The position numbers and the translations under genes were made by a program. Shown here piece after piece: positions 49,353 through 58,419 of a stretch of 64,000 nt of DNA. The stretch lies in IMG/VR virus record IMGVR_UViG_3300024239_000014, positions 185,641 to 249,640 of that record. One strand, written 5' to 3'. Position 1 is the stretch's first letter, and each line of letters begins with the position of its first letter. The notes beneath the pieces were generated by a model. It saw only the letters and a list, made by a program, of their open reading frames with translations. It searched no databases and had not been told where the DNA came from.

Positions 49353-50939
49353 TTAGGATCGTTCGTACAGGTGGATAAACAACGAAGCCAGGTCGTTGCG
49401 CAACGTTTGCGGTACAGCAACCATACCGTCGTTGAGTAACAAATTAGCTTCCTTGAGGATTTCTGGCGGGGCTAAACACAGCCATGCTGACAACGATAGC
49501 AGTTGGTTATACTGCTCGATGGCAACAGTACCGAAGTTATCGCCCGGTTTGCGTTCACTACCCTTACCAGACGGCCGGTAGTACGGGTAGATGGCTGATA
49601 GCTTACGAAGGTTTTCGCTCGTCGTCCGCGAACGAAACTCCGTAGCCTCGCCAAGGTATTGATCACTGCGTGGTCTGGATGACACGGACATCATGGCCGC
49701 CAATCCAGTAAACCCCCAATGCCAGAGAATGGCTTGTACAGCCACCACGGCATTGAACGTTGCAGTTGCTTCCAAATGCCGTTCACTGCTCGGCGGTAGT
49801 GGTTCAGACAGCACCCAATTGGTCATGATCAACTGATGCTGATGGTACGTCAACTGACCGGTCATCCGCGCCTGGTTCAACGCGTCGTAACAGATCCTGA
49901 CTTTCTCTTCGGGTACGGTAGGATCCACCGCGTCAATCAAACGACGCAGGTCTTCGGCAAAGACACTGAAGACCATCAGGTCGCCAGGACTGATGTCCTG
50001 TCGAGGTTTGTAACCTTCAATGACGGAAGTGTTATCTTCTTCATTGCGACCACGACCACCATCCGGATTCTTTTCGCGAATGTCCCCATCGCGACCGAAG
50101 TTTTTCCCGCCTTTATCCACTGCCACATTGATCGTCTTGTAAACAGTCGATACAATGTTGATGTTGGTGTTGGTCTGACTGAGTTCACCGATGGCAACTC
50201 GGCGAATCACGGTCATGGCAAACAGCCATTCCGGGAACTGTTCTGAACCTACGCTGTGGATTACTGCCACCAGCGGCGTTTCAGCATTACTGGCCATGGC
50301 ATCCACCATACGACGCAGTTTATGCATATCCGGATCGGGAGTGTGGTTGCCTTGATCATCCACCGTACCCATCAGCCAGGTATTCACGATCAGCCGCATC
50401 GCCAGGATTTCTTTACGCTCCACGGCATCAGCACGCACCACGCGAATAAACTCCGCCCAGATCGGCACCATGACACGCAATGCCAGCACCAGGACAGTGA
50501 GACCGTGGTAATGACCGCGCAGGTAAGTCCGTTCTTCTGGGTTGGTGCCGTACTGGTCGGGCAATGTAGATGGTGAACACACGTTGTTGCGAGTGATCAG
50601 GTAGTACGACAGTTCGTTCTTGGGATGCAGTACGTACAACCGTTCCACGATGTTCTGTAACTTCACCATCATTCGTGAGAAATTCGGCACCGTATTCAGC
50701 GTTTCATGCGCTTCTTTATACAGGTCGAAGATTTCTTGCTGACGCGTTGCTGGTAAGAGAGACCAGTAATCGTTGATGTGGAAGAAGAGATTTTCTGGCT
50801 CAGTAAACGCTGGTTGGTCGTAGTTACTGGCCAGCCAGATTAATTCTTCGTCACCGTGACGAATGGCTAACTGCCCCAACCGCATCCGCGTTTGCGGACC
50901 ACCGGGTGTCAGTAACGCACCGAGATTGATAATCTCCAT
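49353..50939 (-). CDS. nvRNAP promoter-specificity (sigma-like) subunit (phiKZ gp68-like)
   Basis: 528 aa, helical; VPIWAEFI motif; synteny. Confidence 0.75.
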   Translation of the reverse strand: MEIINLGALLTPGGPQTRMRLGQLAIRHGDEELIWLASNYDQPAFTEPENLFFHINDYWSLLPATRQQEIFDLYKEAHETLNTVPNFSRMMVKLQNIVERLYVLHPKNELSYYLITRNNVCSPSTLPDQYGTNPEERTYLRGHYHGLTVLVLALRVMVPIWAEFIRVVRADAVERKEILAMRLIVNTWLMGTVDDQGNHTPDPDMHKLRRMVDAMASNAETPLVAVIHSVGSEQFPEWLFAMTVIRRVAIGELSQTNTNINIVSTVYKTINVAVDKGGKNFGRDGDIREKNPDGGRGRNEEDNTSVIEGYKPRQDISPGDLMVFSVFAEDLRRLIDAVDPTVPEEKVRICYDALNQARMTGQLTYHQHQLIMTNWVLSEPLPPSSERHLEATATFNAVVAVQAILWHWGFTGLAAMMSVSSRPRSDQYLGEATEFRSRTTSENLRKLSAIYPYYRPSGKGSERKPGDNFGTVAIEQYNQLLSLSAWLCLAPPEILKEANLLLNDGMVAVPQTLRNDLASLFIHLYERS

Positions 50940-51004
50940 GGAAACTCCGCGTCGTTATGGTTATTCTTATCCCAATTGCCGCATTGGGAATCGTCTGCCA
51001 TGTA

Positions 51005-51033
51005 GTAATATCTGTCCGAAAAAAATTGGGTTA
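51005..51033 (-). promoter_or_regulatory. putative early promoter for the gp68/PicA operon
   Basis: TAACC-CAATTTT-TTT-CGGACA-GATAT-TAC; contains the phiKZ-type TATTAC. Confidence 0.6.
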
Positions 51034-51041
51034 CGTTGGGG

Positions 51042-51071
51042 GAATAACGCGCAGCCCAAACAGGCTGCGCG
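51042..51071 (-). terminator. hairpin after the chmC-like gene (overlaps panhandle 3' arm)
   Basis: CGCGCAGCC/GGCTGCGCG 9-bp stem followed by TTATT. Confidence 0.6.
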
Positions 51072-51112
51072 CTACAAAGTATCACCAGATAGCAAAGCGT
51101 TGGACATCGCCC

Positions 51113-52078
51113 TTAAAAGGAGGTGTCCTCATCAAAGACGGCTGGTTCTGGCTGGTAGTTGTTGGCCTGGTTGCTTTTCCAGTCGCCACCTGATTGCTGG
51201 GACTGTTGCTGATAACCCCCACCCTGGCGTTGGTATCCACCACCGCCACCACCTTGGCGCTGCTGGTAGCCACCACCACCACCGCCGCCTTTCCAACCAC
51301 CACCGCCGTTGTTACCTTTCCAGCCACCACCGCCACCACCTTGGCGTTGGTATCCGCCACCACCGCCTTTCCAGTTACCACCACCGCCACCACCACCCTG
51401 GCGGTTGTTGTTCCAGTTACCACCGCCTTGACGCTGATAACCACCACCACCGCCAGACGGTTGTTCCTGAGGTGTGCTCTTAGGCGCAGCATCTGGATCA
51501 GACTGGAGGCGATCGGTGTAATTCACTGCCAAAACGGAGGCCACCAGGTTTTCCATCAGGATAATCCAACCGGTGGTAAACCATTCGGACACCAGAGCTG
51601 GATCAAGCTGACGACCATCCGAACCGGCGAGGTCGTGGTATTCAGTCGGACGCATTACGAACTGCAGCCGGCGTGACTTATCAGCATTCAGCAAACCGAT
51701 GAACAGTGTCTTGTCCTGATCACGACCGTAAATGACGGTGGTGTCCAGAACAATCGGGTCGCGACCTGTTTTGCAGGTGATAGCGCGTCGACCGAAGTCG
51801 CGATCAGCGACCGCCTTCTTCATATCGGCCAACAGGGCATAAGCGGTAGCCGCATCCATCTTGGCTTCCAGTAGCCAATCGCGACCATCGTGGTCAGGAA
51901 CCCCCGACCAGGCACGCAGACGAACCTGATTAGCAATGCTCATGACACCCAACATAGCTCGCTTCGAGCCGCCGGGCTGAACATCGCCAATAATCCGAAG
52001 TTTGTAGTCATCCAGCATGTTGCGTTTACGCGCACCGTCGGCGGTTGGAGCTGCGGGTGCTGCGTTTTCATTACTCAT
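51113..52078 (-). CDS. chmC: ChmC-like nucleus-associated RNA/ssDNA-binding protein (phiKZ gp67 position)
   Basis: Likelier start MSNENAA at 52078. ~200-aa folded domain, long Gly/Gln-rich IDR, acidic tail DEDTSF; located directly upstream of the gp68-like gene. Confidence 0.65.
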   Translation of the reverse strand: MSNENAAPAAPTADGARKRNMLDDYKLRIIGDVQPGGSKRAMLGVMSIANQVRLRAWSGVPDHDGRDWLLEAKMDAATAYALLADMKKAVADRDFGRRAITCKTGRDPIVLDTTVIYGRDQDKTLFIGLLNADKSRRLQFVMRPTEYHDLAGSDGRQLDPALVSEWFTTGWIILMENLVASVLAVNYTDRLQSDPDAAPKSTPQEQPSGGGGGYQRQGGGNWNNNRQGGGGGGGNWKGGGGGYQRQGGGGGGWKGNNGGGGWKGGGGGGGYQQRQGGGGGGYQRQGGGYQQQSQQSGGDWKSNQANNYQPEPAVFDEDTSF

Positions 52079-52139
52079 GGGTTCGTCCTTTTGCAAGCTG
52101 CATAAGCCGTGTACATAAATACCCCCTGCGCGTTATTCT

Positions 52140-52970
52140 TTACGCTTTTAGGAGTTCCAGGAAGACATCTTTGGCATAAGGATCACGAAGCTGGCGAATT
52201 GACCAAGCAACGCGGTCATCGGTGGTATGTGGTCCCCACTGACGTTCTTCTGCCAATAACAGCAACACCTCTTTCACCGCGCTTTTCATGGGCGAGAAAT
52301 CGGTGTTGTCACCAAAGACCTGGAGGGTTAAGCGATTAAACGGGATCCGGGTCATCTGGTTCCCGTTCATCAGTTTGGTATACCACTTCACCCATTTCTT
52401 TTGCGTCCCAGTGTGCGATTCCAACAAAATGGTATCGCTGGGGCAGTAGAGTAAATCCACTGCATGGTGGGTGATGATCATCGCAGGTTTGCTACTGCGT
52501 GGTGGTCCGATGTCAGTTTTAATCACTTCCAAGTCTGCATCAGCTTTGAGTCGTTCTGGATGGTCAATAAAGGGCTTTAAAACCGCCGTATTGATGATCT
52601 GGAACGCACGTTGACGATCGGTATTGACCCCTCGTAGGTTTGCTTTAGGGAAGGTTTTGCCCATCCCTTTGTACGTCGGCAAGTAAAAGATTACTTCGCC
52701 GATCCCTTTAGTAAGGTCTTTGACGATGTCAACAATCGCACGCATTTCGGCCACTAGGGCATATACATAATCTGCGGCTGGCAGCATGTCCCGCGATTCG
52801 GGTGCTACACAGCCATGCAAGTTACGGAACAAGGTGTGCATGTTCAACATCCACACCATCGCGCCGTTATACCCATCCTCGTACAGCTTTTCGAACGGCA
52901 CGGCGGTCGCTACTGAGATCGGTAGCTTCTCGCCTAGCGCTCGTTCAGCGAAGATTTGATCGCTACTCAT
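52140..52970 (-). CDS. conserved core protein (phiKZ gp66 position), possibly nuclease-fold
   Basis: 276 aa; NMHTLFRN and LLESHTG...WYTK motifs; synteny. Confidence 0.6.
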   Translation of the reverse strand: MSSDQIFAERALGEKLPISVATAVPFEKLYEDGYNGAMVWMLNMHTLFRNLHGCVAPESRDMLPAADYVYALVAEMRAIVDIVKDLTKGIGEVIFYLPTYKGMGKTFPKANLRGVNTDRQRAFQIINTAVLKPFIDHPERLKADADLEVIKTDIGPPRSSKPAMIITHHAVDLLYCPSDTILLESHTGTQKKWVKWYTKLMNGNQMTRIPFNRLTLQVFGDNTDFSPMKSAVKEVLLLLAEERQWGPHTTDDRVAWSIRQLRDPYAKDVFLELLKA

Positions 52971-52978
52971 AACCCCTC

Positions 52979-54121
52979 CTATAGCACCGCTGTCAGCAAT
53001 TCTTCAGCTTGTAAGCGGATGACATCCGACACACCCTTCGCACTTAACCGTGCAGACAGCAACCCTTGCAGGTTATCTGACGTGATGTCAATGGGTGTGT
53101 AACTAAATTCCAGCTCCTGCAACCGTAGCTGGGTATCAGGTTTATCGCTTTCATATTCCCCTTTGAAGTGGAACTGAAAATATCGATCCCGAATTACCCC
53201 AATGGCCTCTTTTACTGGGTCATCACGATTAGCCTTCAACCGAAACGCACTACCAGGCGGATAGTCTTTATATTCGTCCAGAATGGTGAAGATGTCTGCC
53301 AACGACTTACCGTGCAACGGCACTGTTTTGTACACTTTGGCTTTTTCATTCTTTACGAACGCGACATCAGTTCGCTTAGGGTGCGCATGTACACGCAGGT
53401 GACCCTTAGCTTCTTCTTCACCGTGCTTAAGACGTTCTAACGAACCAGGCACCCAGATCTTACCTGACTGTTTAGGTGTGTGGTCATGGCCGATGATAAT
53501 CGCTCGCCGCACAATACTTTCATACCGCACTTGACGATGGGTTGATTCTGACATTGCCACCAACGGCAGTTGGAATTCAAAACAACCGTGCATCATTGCG
53601 AAGTCGACTTCTGAAACGCCGTTGTTACTGAGCTGTTCTTGGACCAATGACCATACTTGATCACCGCTACCCATTTCATCAGGCACGTAAAGCACTGTCA
53701 TCCCGTATTGGTCGAATGACTCAATCGAGACTCGGTCAACGTATTTCAAATCAACTTCAAGGCCTGCGCTGTCGTTGAAGTTGGTGAACATCCTGGATTG
53801 TTTGTAGTCGTGCGACGGAGTTCCTTCCAACACCCGTAACACGATGTTGTGTTTCTTACACAACCGCAATAAAGAGATGACCCAAGCTTCAATCATCAAC
53901 ACCCGGTCTTCGGGCAATAACAACAGTTTATCGAACAAGTCACCGGTAATGAAGATCAAGTCCAACGCTGCCGTAGATGCGTTATCAGGAAACACCTGTA
54001 TCAAGGATTCAATGATCTTCTCGGTCGGTGTTTCCTGGTGTCCTAGGTGAACATCAGAAATGATCGCAAAATGAAGGACATCGGTCTGTTTCGTCCCTTT
54101 AAAGGGTCTCAATGTCGTCAT
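52979..54121 (-). CDS. sbcD: SbcD/Mre11-family nuclease
   Basis: SDVHLG, TGDLFD, GTPSHD, MMHG and GHDH metallophosphoesterase motifs. Confidence 0.85.
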   Translation of the reverse strand: MTTLRPFKGTKQTDVLHFAIISDVHLGHQETPTEKIIESLIQVFPDNASTAALDLIFITGDLFDKLLLLPEDRVLMIEAWVISLLRLCKKHNIVLRVLEGTPSHDYKQSRMFTNFNDSAGLEVDLKYVDRVSIESFDQYGMTVLYVPDEMGSGDQVWSLVQEQLSNNGVSEVDFAMMHGCFEFQLPLVAMSESTHRQVRYESIVRRAIIIGHDHTPKQSGKIWVPGSLERLKHGEEEAKGHLRVHAHPKRTDVAFVKNEKAKVYKTVPLHGKSLADIFTILDEYKDYPPGSAFRLKANRDDPVKEAIGVIRDRYFQFHFKGEYESDKPDTQLRLQELEFSYTPIDITSDNLQGLLSARLSAKGVSDVIRLQAEELLTAVL

Positions 54122-54668
54122 CCGCCAACTCCTGTTTCGCGGGCTGAGACGATGACGTATTTTCGGTATTCACCGCGCCGCCGTCTTTAAAGAAGCGGCG
54201 CGGATAACCATAACGGTCAAAGAGTGCATCCCAACGCCGCATGGCTTCAGTGCGATAGTTCTTCACCGTCTCTGATGTCATTTGATAATCATGGCGTGCC
54301 GGCAACATCTCGCTGAGCAAACGCTCAGCTGCTGGTGGTGATAGCGCGCGGGTGTGCTCAACGCGATCAATCAGAGTCGCAATGGCGTCGCTGTTCTTGT
54401 AGCCGATTTCAGTAGGATATGGTAAACTAATCGGCGGGACCACGAAGACCACGTTGCCGTGTTCATCGACCAGATCGACTTCCGCATCGTAGTTCTTTGC
54501 CACGTTAGCAATGTACGTTTCAATTTCCTGATACCGGCCGTTCACGTTAGCAATGATCGGCAAATATCTGACCTTGAACTCTTCCTCGGTAATCCGAGGG
54601 CGAATCTGTTCAAGAATGGTCTTGAGCATTGCCTGTTGGGCTGGGGTATTTTTCATCGGATCAGCCAT
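54099..54668 (-). CDS. conserved hypothetical protein (189 aa)
   Basis: Operon position; acidic C-terminus. Confidence 0.65.
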   Translation of the reverse strand: MADPMKNTPAQQAMLKTILEQIRPRITEEEFKVRYLPIIANVNGRYQEIETYIANVAKNYDAEVDLVDEHGNVVFVVPPISLPYPTEIGYKNSDAIATLIDRVEHTRALSPPAAERLLSEMLPARHDYQMTSETVKNYRTEAMRRWDALFDRYGYPRRFFKDGGAVNTENTSSSQPAKQELADDDIETL

Positions 54669-54681
54669 GATAATACATCCA

Positions 54682-55089
54682 TTAACCGTTGTTGAGGGTG
54701 ATCAGTTTCAATGATGGGCTGGAGACATCTTCGATGACTCGATCAAACGTGATGCCTTTGCCACCATCAATCACCGCGACCTTAAAAATCAGCCTAGTGC
54801 GATTTGATTCGCCAATTTGAACTGTTTCGGTTTCGCAGTTCACTGTGACCTGTTCAAACAAGCCACTCAGATGCCGGTTGAGGGTTTCAGAGGCTAGACG
54901 CTTTAGCACCATAAGGTCACTGCCTGCGTTCTGAATAACGTAAGGGAGTGATGCAATTTTGCCGTAAAACACTTCTGACTGAGAATAGTTGGATGCAAGG
55001 AAGTCGGCAATTGCCAAGTCGAATTTTTTAACAGGGTCGGTTACCCAACCCAGTGAAGATAAGGACGGAATGCATGGTAATCCTGACAT
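54682..55089 (-). CDS. probable gp25-like baseplate wedge protein
   Basis: 135 aa; PSLSSLGWV...ASNYSQS pattern; fold assignment is inference. Confidence 0.45.
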   Translation of the reverse strand: MSGLPCIPSLSSLGWVTDPVKKFDLAIADFLASNYSQSEVFYGKIASLPYVIQNAGSDLMVLKRLASETLNRHLSGLFEQVTVNCETETVQIGESNRTRLIFKVAVIDGGKGITFDRVIEDVSSPSLKLITLNNG

Positions 55090-55124
55090 GATCAGCTCCT
55101 TTTGACTAATAAAAATAAAGAAGA

Positions 55125-55155
55125 CGGAGAAAAGGGAGGCCGAAGCCTCCCTCTG
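55125..55155 (-). terminator. intrinsic terminator
   Basis: GGGAGGC-TTCG-GCCTCCC followed by TTTT. Confidence 0.7.
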
Positions 55156-55165
55156 TTTCCAAACG

Positions 55166-55453
55166 TCAGTGGTTGGCTCGTTGAGCTTTCAATCCTTGAG
55201 CCACCAGCTTCCAGCTTTCATCGATGGCGAGCTTTTGTGCTTCGTGTTCGATGTTTTCTGGTAGGACGTGTGTCTGTTTCAGACGAGTAGGCGAAGCGTC
55301 AGCGTTCACGAGACAAGTCGCCGACCAATCGTCTTCATCCAGATCCAGGATCACGCCGTTGCCGAGTTGCATGGCGTAATATTCCTGGCGTTGGTTTAGC
55401 ACTTTCAGTGCTTCTGGCAAAGTAGCGTTTTTGGCGCTAGGCTTGCAGGGCAT
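55166..55453 (-). CDS. hypothetical protein (95 aa)
   Basis: Likelier start MPCKP at 55453 (GGAGG). Confidence 0.65.
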   Translation of the reverse strand: MPCKPSAKNATLPEALKVLNQRQEYYAMQLGNGVILDLDEDDWSATCLVNADASPTRLKQTHVLPENIEHEAQKLAIDESWKLVAQGLKAQRANH

Positions 55454-55711
55454 GGGAACCTCCAATCGTCATTTAATAGTGACGAATTTGTGAAGCCCAC
55501 TACTACTGCTGGGGCAACTACGCAGCTACCCCGTGGAGGTGGGCGATGTTAAGCGTATTAGCCATTCTTTTCTACCTTGTCCATTCTTGTTGTTCAGTCT
55601 GCCTTTAGGCACGTATCCGTTTTCGACTGTACTGCAACATCTTTCTACCAATCAGACGGATATTGCATACATTTAGTTCTAAATGTAACTTTTAACTGTA
55701 CCAAGGTAACC

Positions 55712-55743
55712 GTGAAAAAAAGAGGAGGGATTTCTCCCTCCTC
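55712..55743. repeat. 32-nt terminator repeat, copy 1
   Basis: GTGAAAAAAAGAGGAGGGATTTCTCCCTCCTC, identical to 58376-58407. Confidence 0.9.
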
Positions 55744-55751
55744 CTATGTCG

Positions 55752-56378
55752 TTACAGCGAAGCATTCCATGGACTGGTCGGATCATCAGACCCGTACTGG
55801 AGCTGATGGCGCAACGCATCCCACGAACGCAGGATGGCTTCTTGTTGATGCAGTTCCAGATTGTCTTCTGGTTCCACATCCTCGAAGCAGTTGACCGACG
55901 TCCAGTCATGCTCGGCTTCGTCGTCGTCAGACACTTGAATGATACCATCCATCACGCGACGATAATCGTAGTTGTGTTCGCCGTGTCTCACCCCTTCAGG
56001 TTGGACATAACGACCACTCCAGCCATCGAGTGTCTGTTCTTGGATGCGTTTGCTGACTTGCGGTTCGGCAGCTAACCAACGCAGCATCGTATTAGGCGGA
56101 TGCTGTAATTCACCGATCGTGTTGAGCGTTCGGATCGTGTCGGTCTGCCACACATTGGTCAAGAAACGCTGTGCTGCTTTTGCCAATCGCATCGCTTCAG
56201 AACTGGCTACACGGTCAACCAGATTCTTGGTCTGCTGGATAAACCAACTACCGGCAGCGTTAAGGCGTTCGGTAGCGACCTGCGGTGCATTTTGCAGAAA
56301 TTGCAGCGTCCCAGGATGTTGGGAGCCAAAAGCCAGACCATCGAAGAGTTCCGGACCACCCTCGACAATTTTGACCAT
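55752..56378 (-). CDS. conserved core protein (208 aa) after nvRNAP beta'
   Basis: Start overlaps upstream stop; NYDYRRVMDG and DDPTSPWNASL motifs. Confidence 0.7.
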   Translation of the reverse strand: MVKIVEGGPELFDGLAFGSQHPGTLQFLQNAPQVATERLNAAGSWFIQQTKNLVDRVASSEAMRLAKAAQRFLTNVWQTDTIRTLNTIGELQHPPNTMLRWLAAEPQVSKRIQEQTLDGWSGRYVQPEGVRHGEHNYDYRRVMDGIIQVSDDDEAEHDWTSVNCFEDVEPEDNLELHQQEAILRSWDALRHQLQYGSDDPTSPWNASL

Positions 56379-58344
56379 TACTCCCCCTTCGCTGGGCTCG
56401 TTTGGAGCCAGTGGTTAAGTGTTGCCAGGATTGGTGCTGGCAGTGCTACATCTCGGCTAACCGAGTACGGTTTATTCAAGTCCATCAACGAGAGGTGAGA
56501 CGCCAGTGGTTCAAGACGTTTGTTCATCTCCCAATCCAGACTCAAAATACCGTTGAGCTGGTCACCGTCAAAGTCGGCCGTACTTTCATGCAGTTCGCTA
56601 CGCTGCACAGTTCTCGTTTGCAGTAAACCAGAGGATGAAATCCACCACAAATGAACTTCCCCAATTCTCATTGGGATACAAGACTATATCTTCACCATAC
56701 CGAGTACATGACTCGGGTTAGGGCTCCCCATTTCGATTACCATTTGGCTGGATAATCTACTCTACTCGCTTCTTCACTCAGACCTCGCGACCTGAGCTAT
56801 GCTTTCGATAGTCGTTGAACGTTCACCACGCTGTGTTATGCCACTTCGGCCAAAGCAGAGGTGCTTCGCTGCTGATTGTCCCTTGGTTCGATCGTATCTG
56901 TTTTTAGAGCATATCGCGTCGAGACTTTCGTCTTGGTGTCGCATGCCTCACGGCAGTACGTCCCGCTGTAGCCAGATACGGAAAAGGAGTTCCCAGCAAT
57001 TAGAGGAGTTACATCCTAAAGTTTCCCTTAGGCGGAACATATTTCATTCGGGCCTTTGAGGACTAGCACCGACAAGCACATAGCGTTGATGTCAGGATCT
57101 TTGATGATAGCCGTGACAAAAAGCCGTTGTGCACTTAACCGTTGCAATGACGGGTTACGCTGAAGAACCACCACCGGACCCCGTCCAGGCGCTTCAGCAA
57201 TCAACTGATCCAAAAGCTCCGACATCTTGTCGTTGTATTTGATCATCGAATCGGTGATGAACTGCGTGGCTTGTTTGGGCGTGTAACCTAACTTCGCCAA
57301 CTTGTTGTGCAAGTGCATCTTAAACAAACTGATGGCCAACGACCACGGCAAATGGCAATCGTCGTACCGATGCGGTCTCGATATCGATGTAATCACAGCA
57401 CGGAATGAGAATGCCGGCCGCGAACCAAACACATGGCGGCGGAACCAACCACCCTTTGAGCTCAGGTTGTGCTTGTACTGTTGAAAGTAGAACGACGCTA
57501 ACTGAATCGACGCTTTAGCGGCGCGCGCTTCTTTGAGCTGCAATGAAGGTTGCGTATCAATACCACTGTACAAACCTTGGATGGTTCGCATGGCATCGAG
57601 GGCATCCCGCATTCGGAGATCGGCACGAGGTGCACCGATATCCAACGACTCAATGATGAACGTGATCTTGCACGGAATCGGAAGGTGCTGCGGAAAGAAC
57701 TTGTGGCGATTCTGTGCTATCCACTGTTTGGTCCTGGCCAACTCGGCTTTCTTCAGGCTGGTAAAGCCATTCACCGATAGCAGGATTTCCATAATGGCGT
57801 CGAAGTTAGCAATGAAGTAATTGAGCCCTCGCTCAACACCTGCATCGCTCAGTAACCGCAACCATTCCGACCGAGGAGACGGCGGACGGTAATACGGATC
57901 AACCAGCCAAGTCAAGATATCGTTATTGTCCTTCTTGAACAACTTCGATAAGATGTTCCACACCGTTGGGTTGATCAGACCCAACACACCGTCGGGCGCT
58001 TTGATCCACACCTTGGATTCAATGGGCTTTTCAGCCGGTACGATTGCTTCAGTCCCACAATCCTGACAAATGATGCCAGGTACGGTGGTGTGTCCACACT
58101 CGCACGTAGGTGTCGCTTCCAAGCTCTCGGTGTCGTAACGCGTCATCAACAGATCATTCAGTTCCGCACGAGACGAAACATCATCGGTAGACCACTCATT
58201 AGCAATCACCGGGCGGCTACTTAGAGAATGGAAGTACTCGTCGATGTCTTCCACATCCAAATAAACACCCCGGAGGGCTTGTTGAAGCTCTTCATTTTCA
58301 TCCACGGGTTGGATTTCTTGGCCTGTTTCTGTTTCAGTCTCCAC
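56378..58344 (-). CDS. nvRNAP beta' N-terminal catalytic subunit (phiKZ gp55-56.1-like), spliced: exon 1 58344-57046, exon 2 56578-56378, 499 aa
   Basis: Zn ribbon CECG...CQDC, KGGWFRRHVFGSR, RAVITS, LQRNPSL. Splicing restores GPN|ADFDGDQLN. Confidence 0.9.
56579..57045 (-). mobile_element. group I self-splicing intron, 467 nt, no ORF
   Basis: 5' exon ends in U (GAAU/GUUC P1) and intron ends in G. P AATTGCTGGGAA, Q AATCAGCAGCGAAGC, R GTTCAACGACTATC, S AAGATATAGTCT; P3 CTCCTC/GGGGAG. Confidence 0.92.
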
Positions 58345-58375
58345 TGGACTTTCTCCTTTACAGGTGGCTGTACAG

Positions 58376-58407
58376 GTGAAAAAAAGAGGAGGGATTTCTC
58401 CCTCCTC
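58376..58407 (-). terminator. chimallin terminator; 32-nt repeat copy 2
   Basis: GAGGAGGG/CCCTCCTC stem followed by T7. Confidence 0.85.
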
Positions 58408-58419
58408 TTTCCAGTTGCT

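Noticed and set aside
51082-51676. Thr-rich and Val-rich ORFs and GGT/GGC tandem repeats
   Set aside because: Alternative-frame readings of the Gly-rich ChmC IDR. The repeats are codon repeats with no repeat-spacer pattern, so not CRISPR.
56378-56671. 97-aa ORF MRIGEVHL...ADFDGD and the EICSA end of the upstream ORF as separate genes
   Set aside because: The extra residues are intron sequence; these are exons of one gene.
56579-57045. Homing endonuclease inside either intron
   Set aside because: No long ORF and no HNH, GIY-YIG or LAGLIDADG motif seen; both introns are filled by ribozyme structure.
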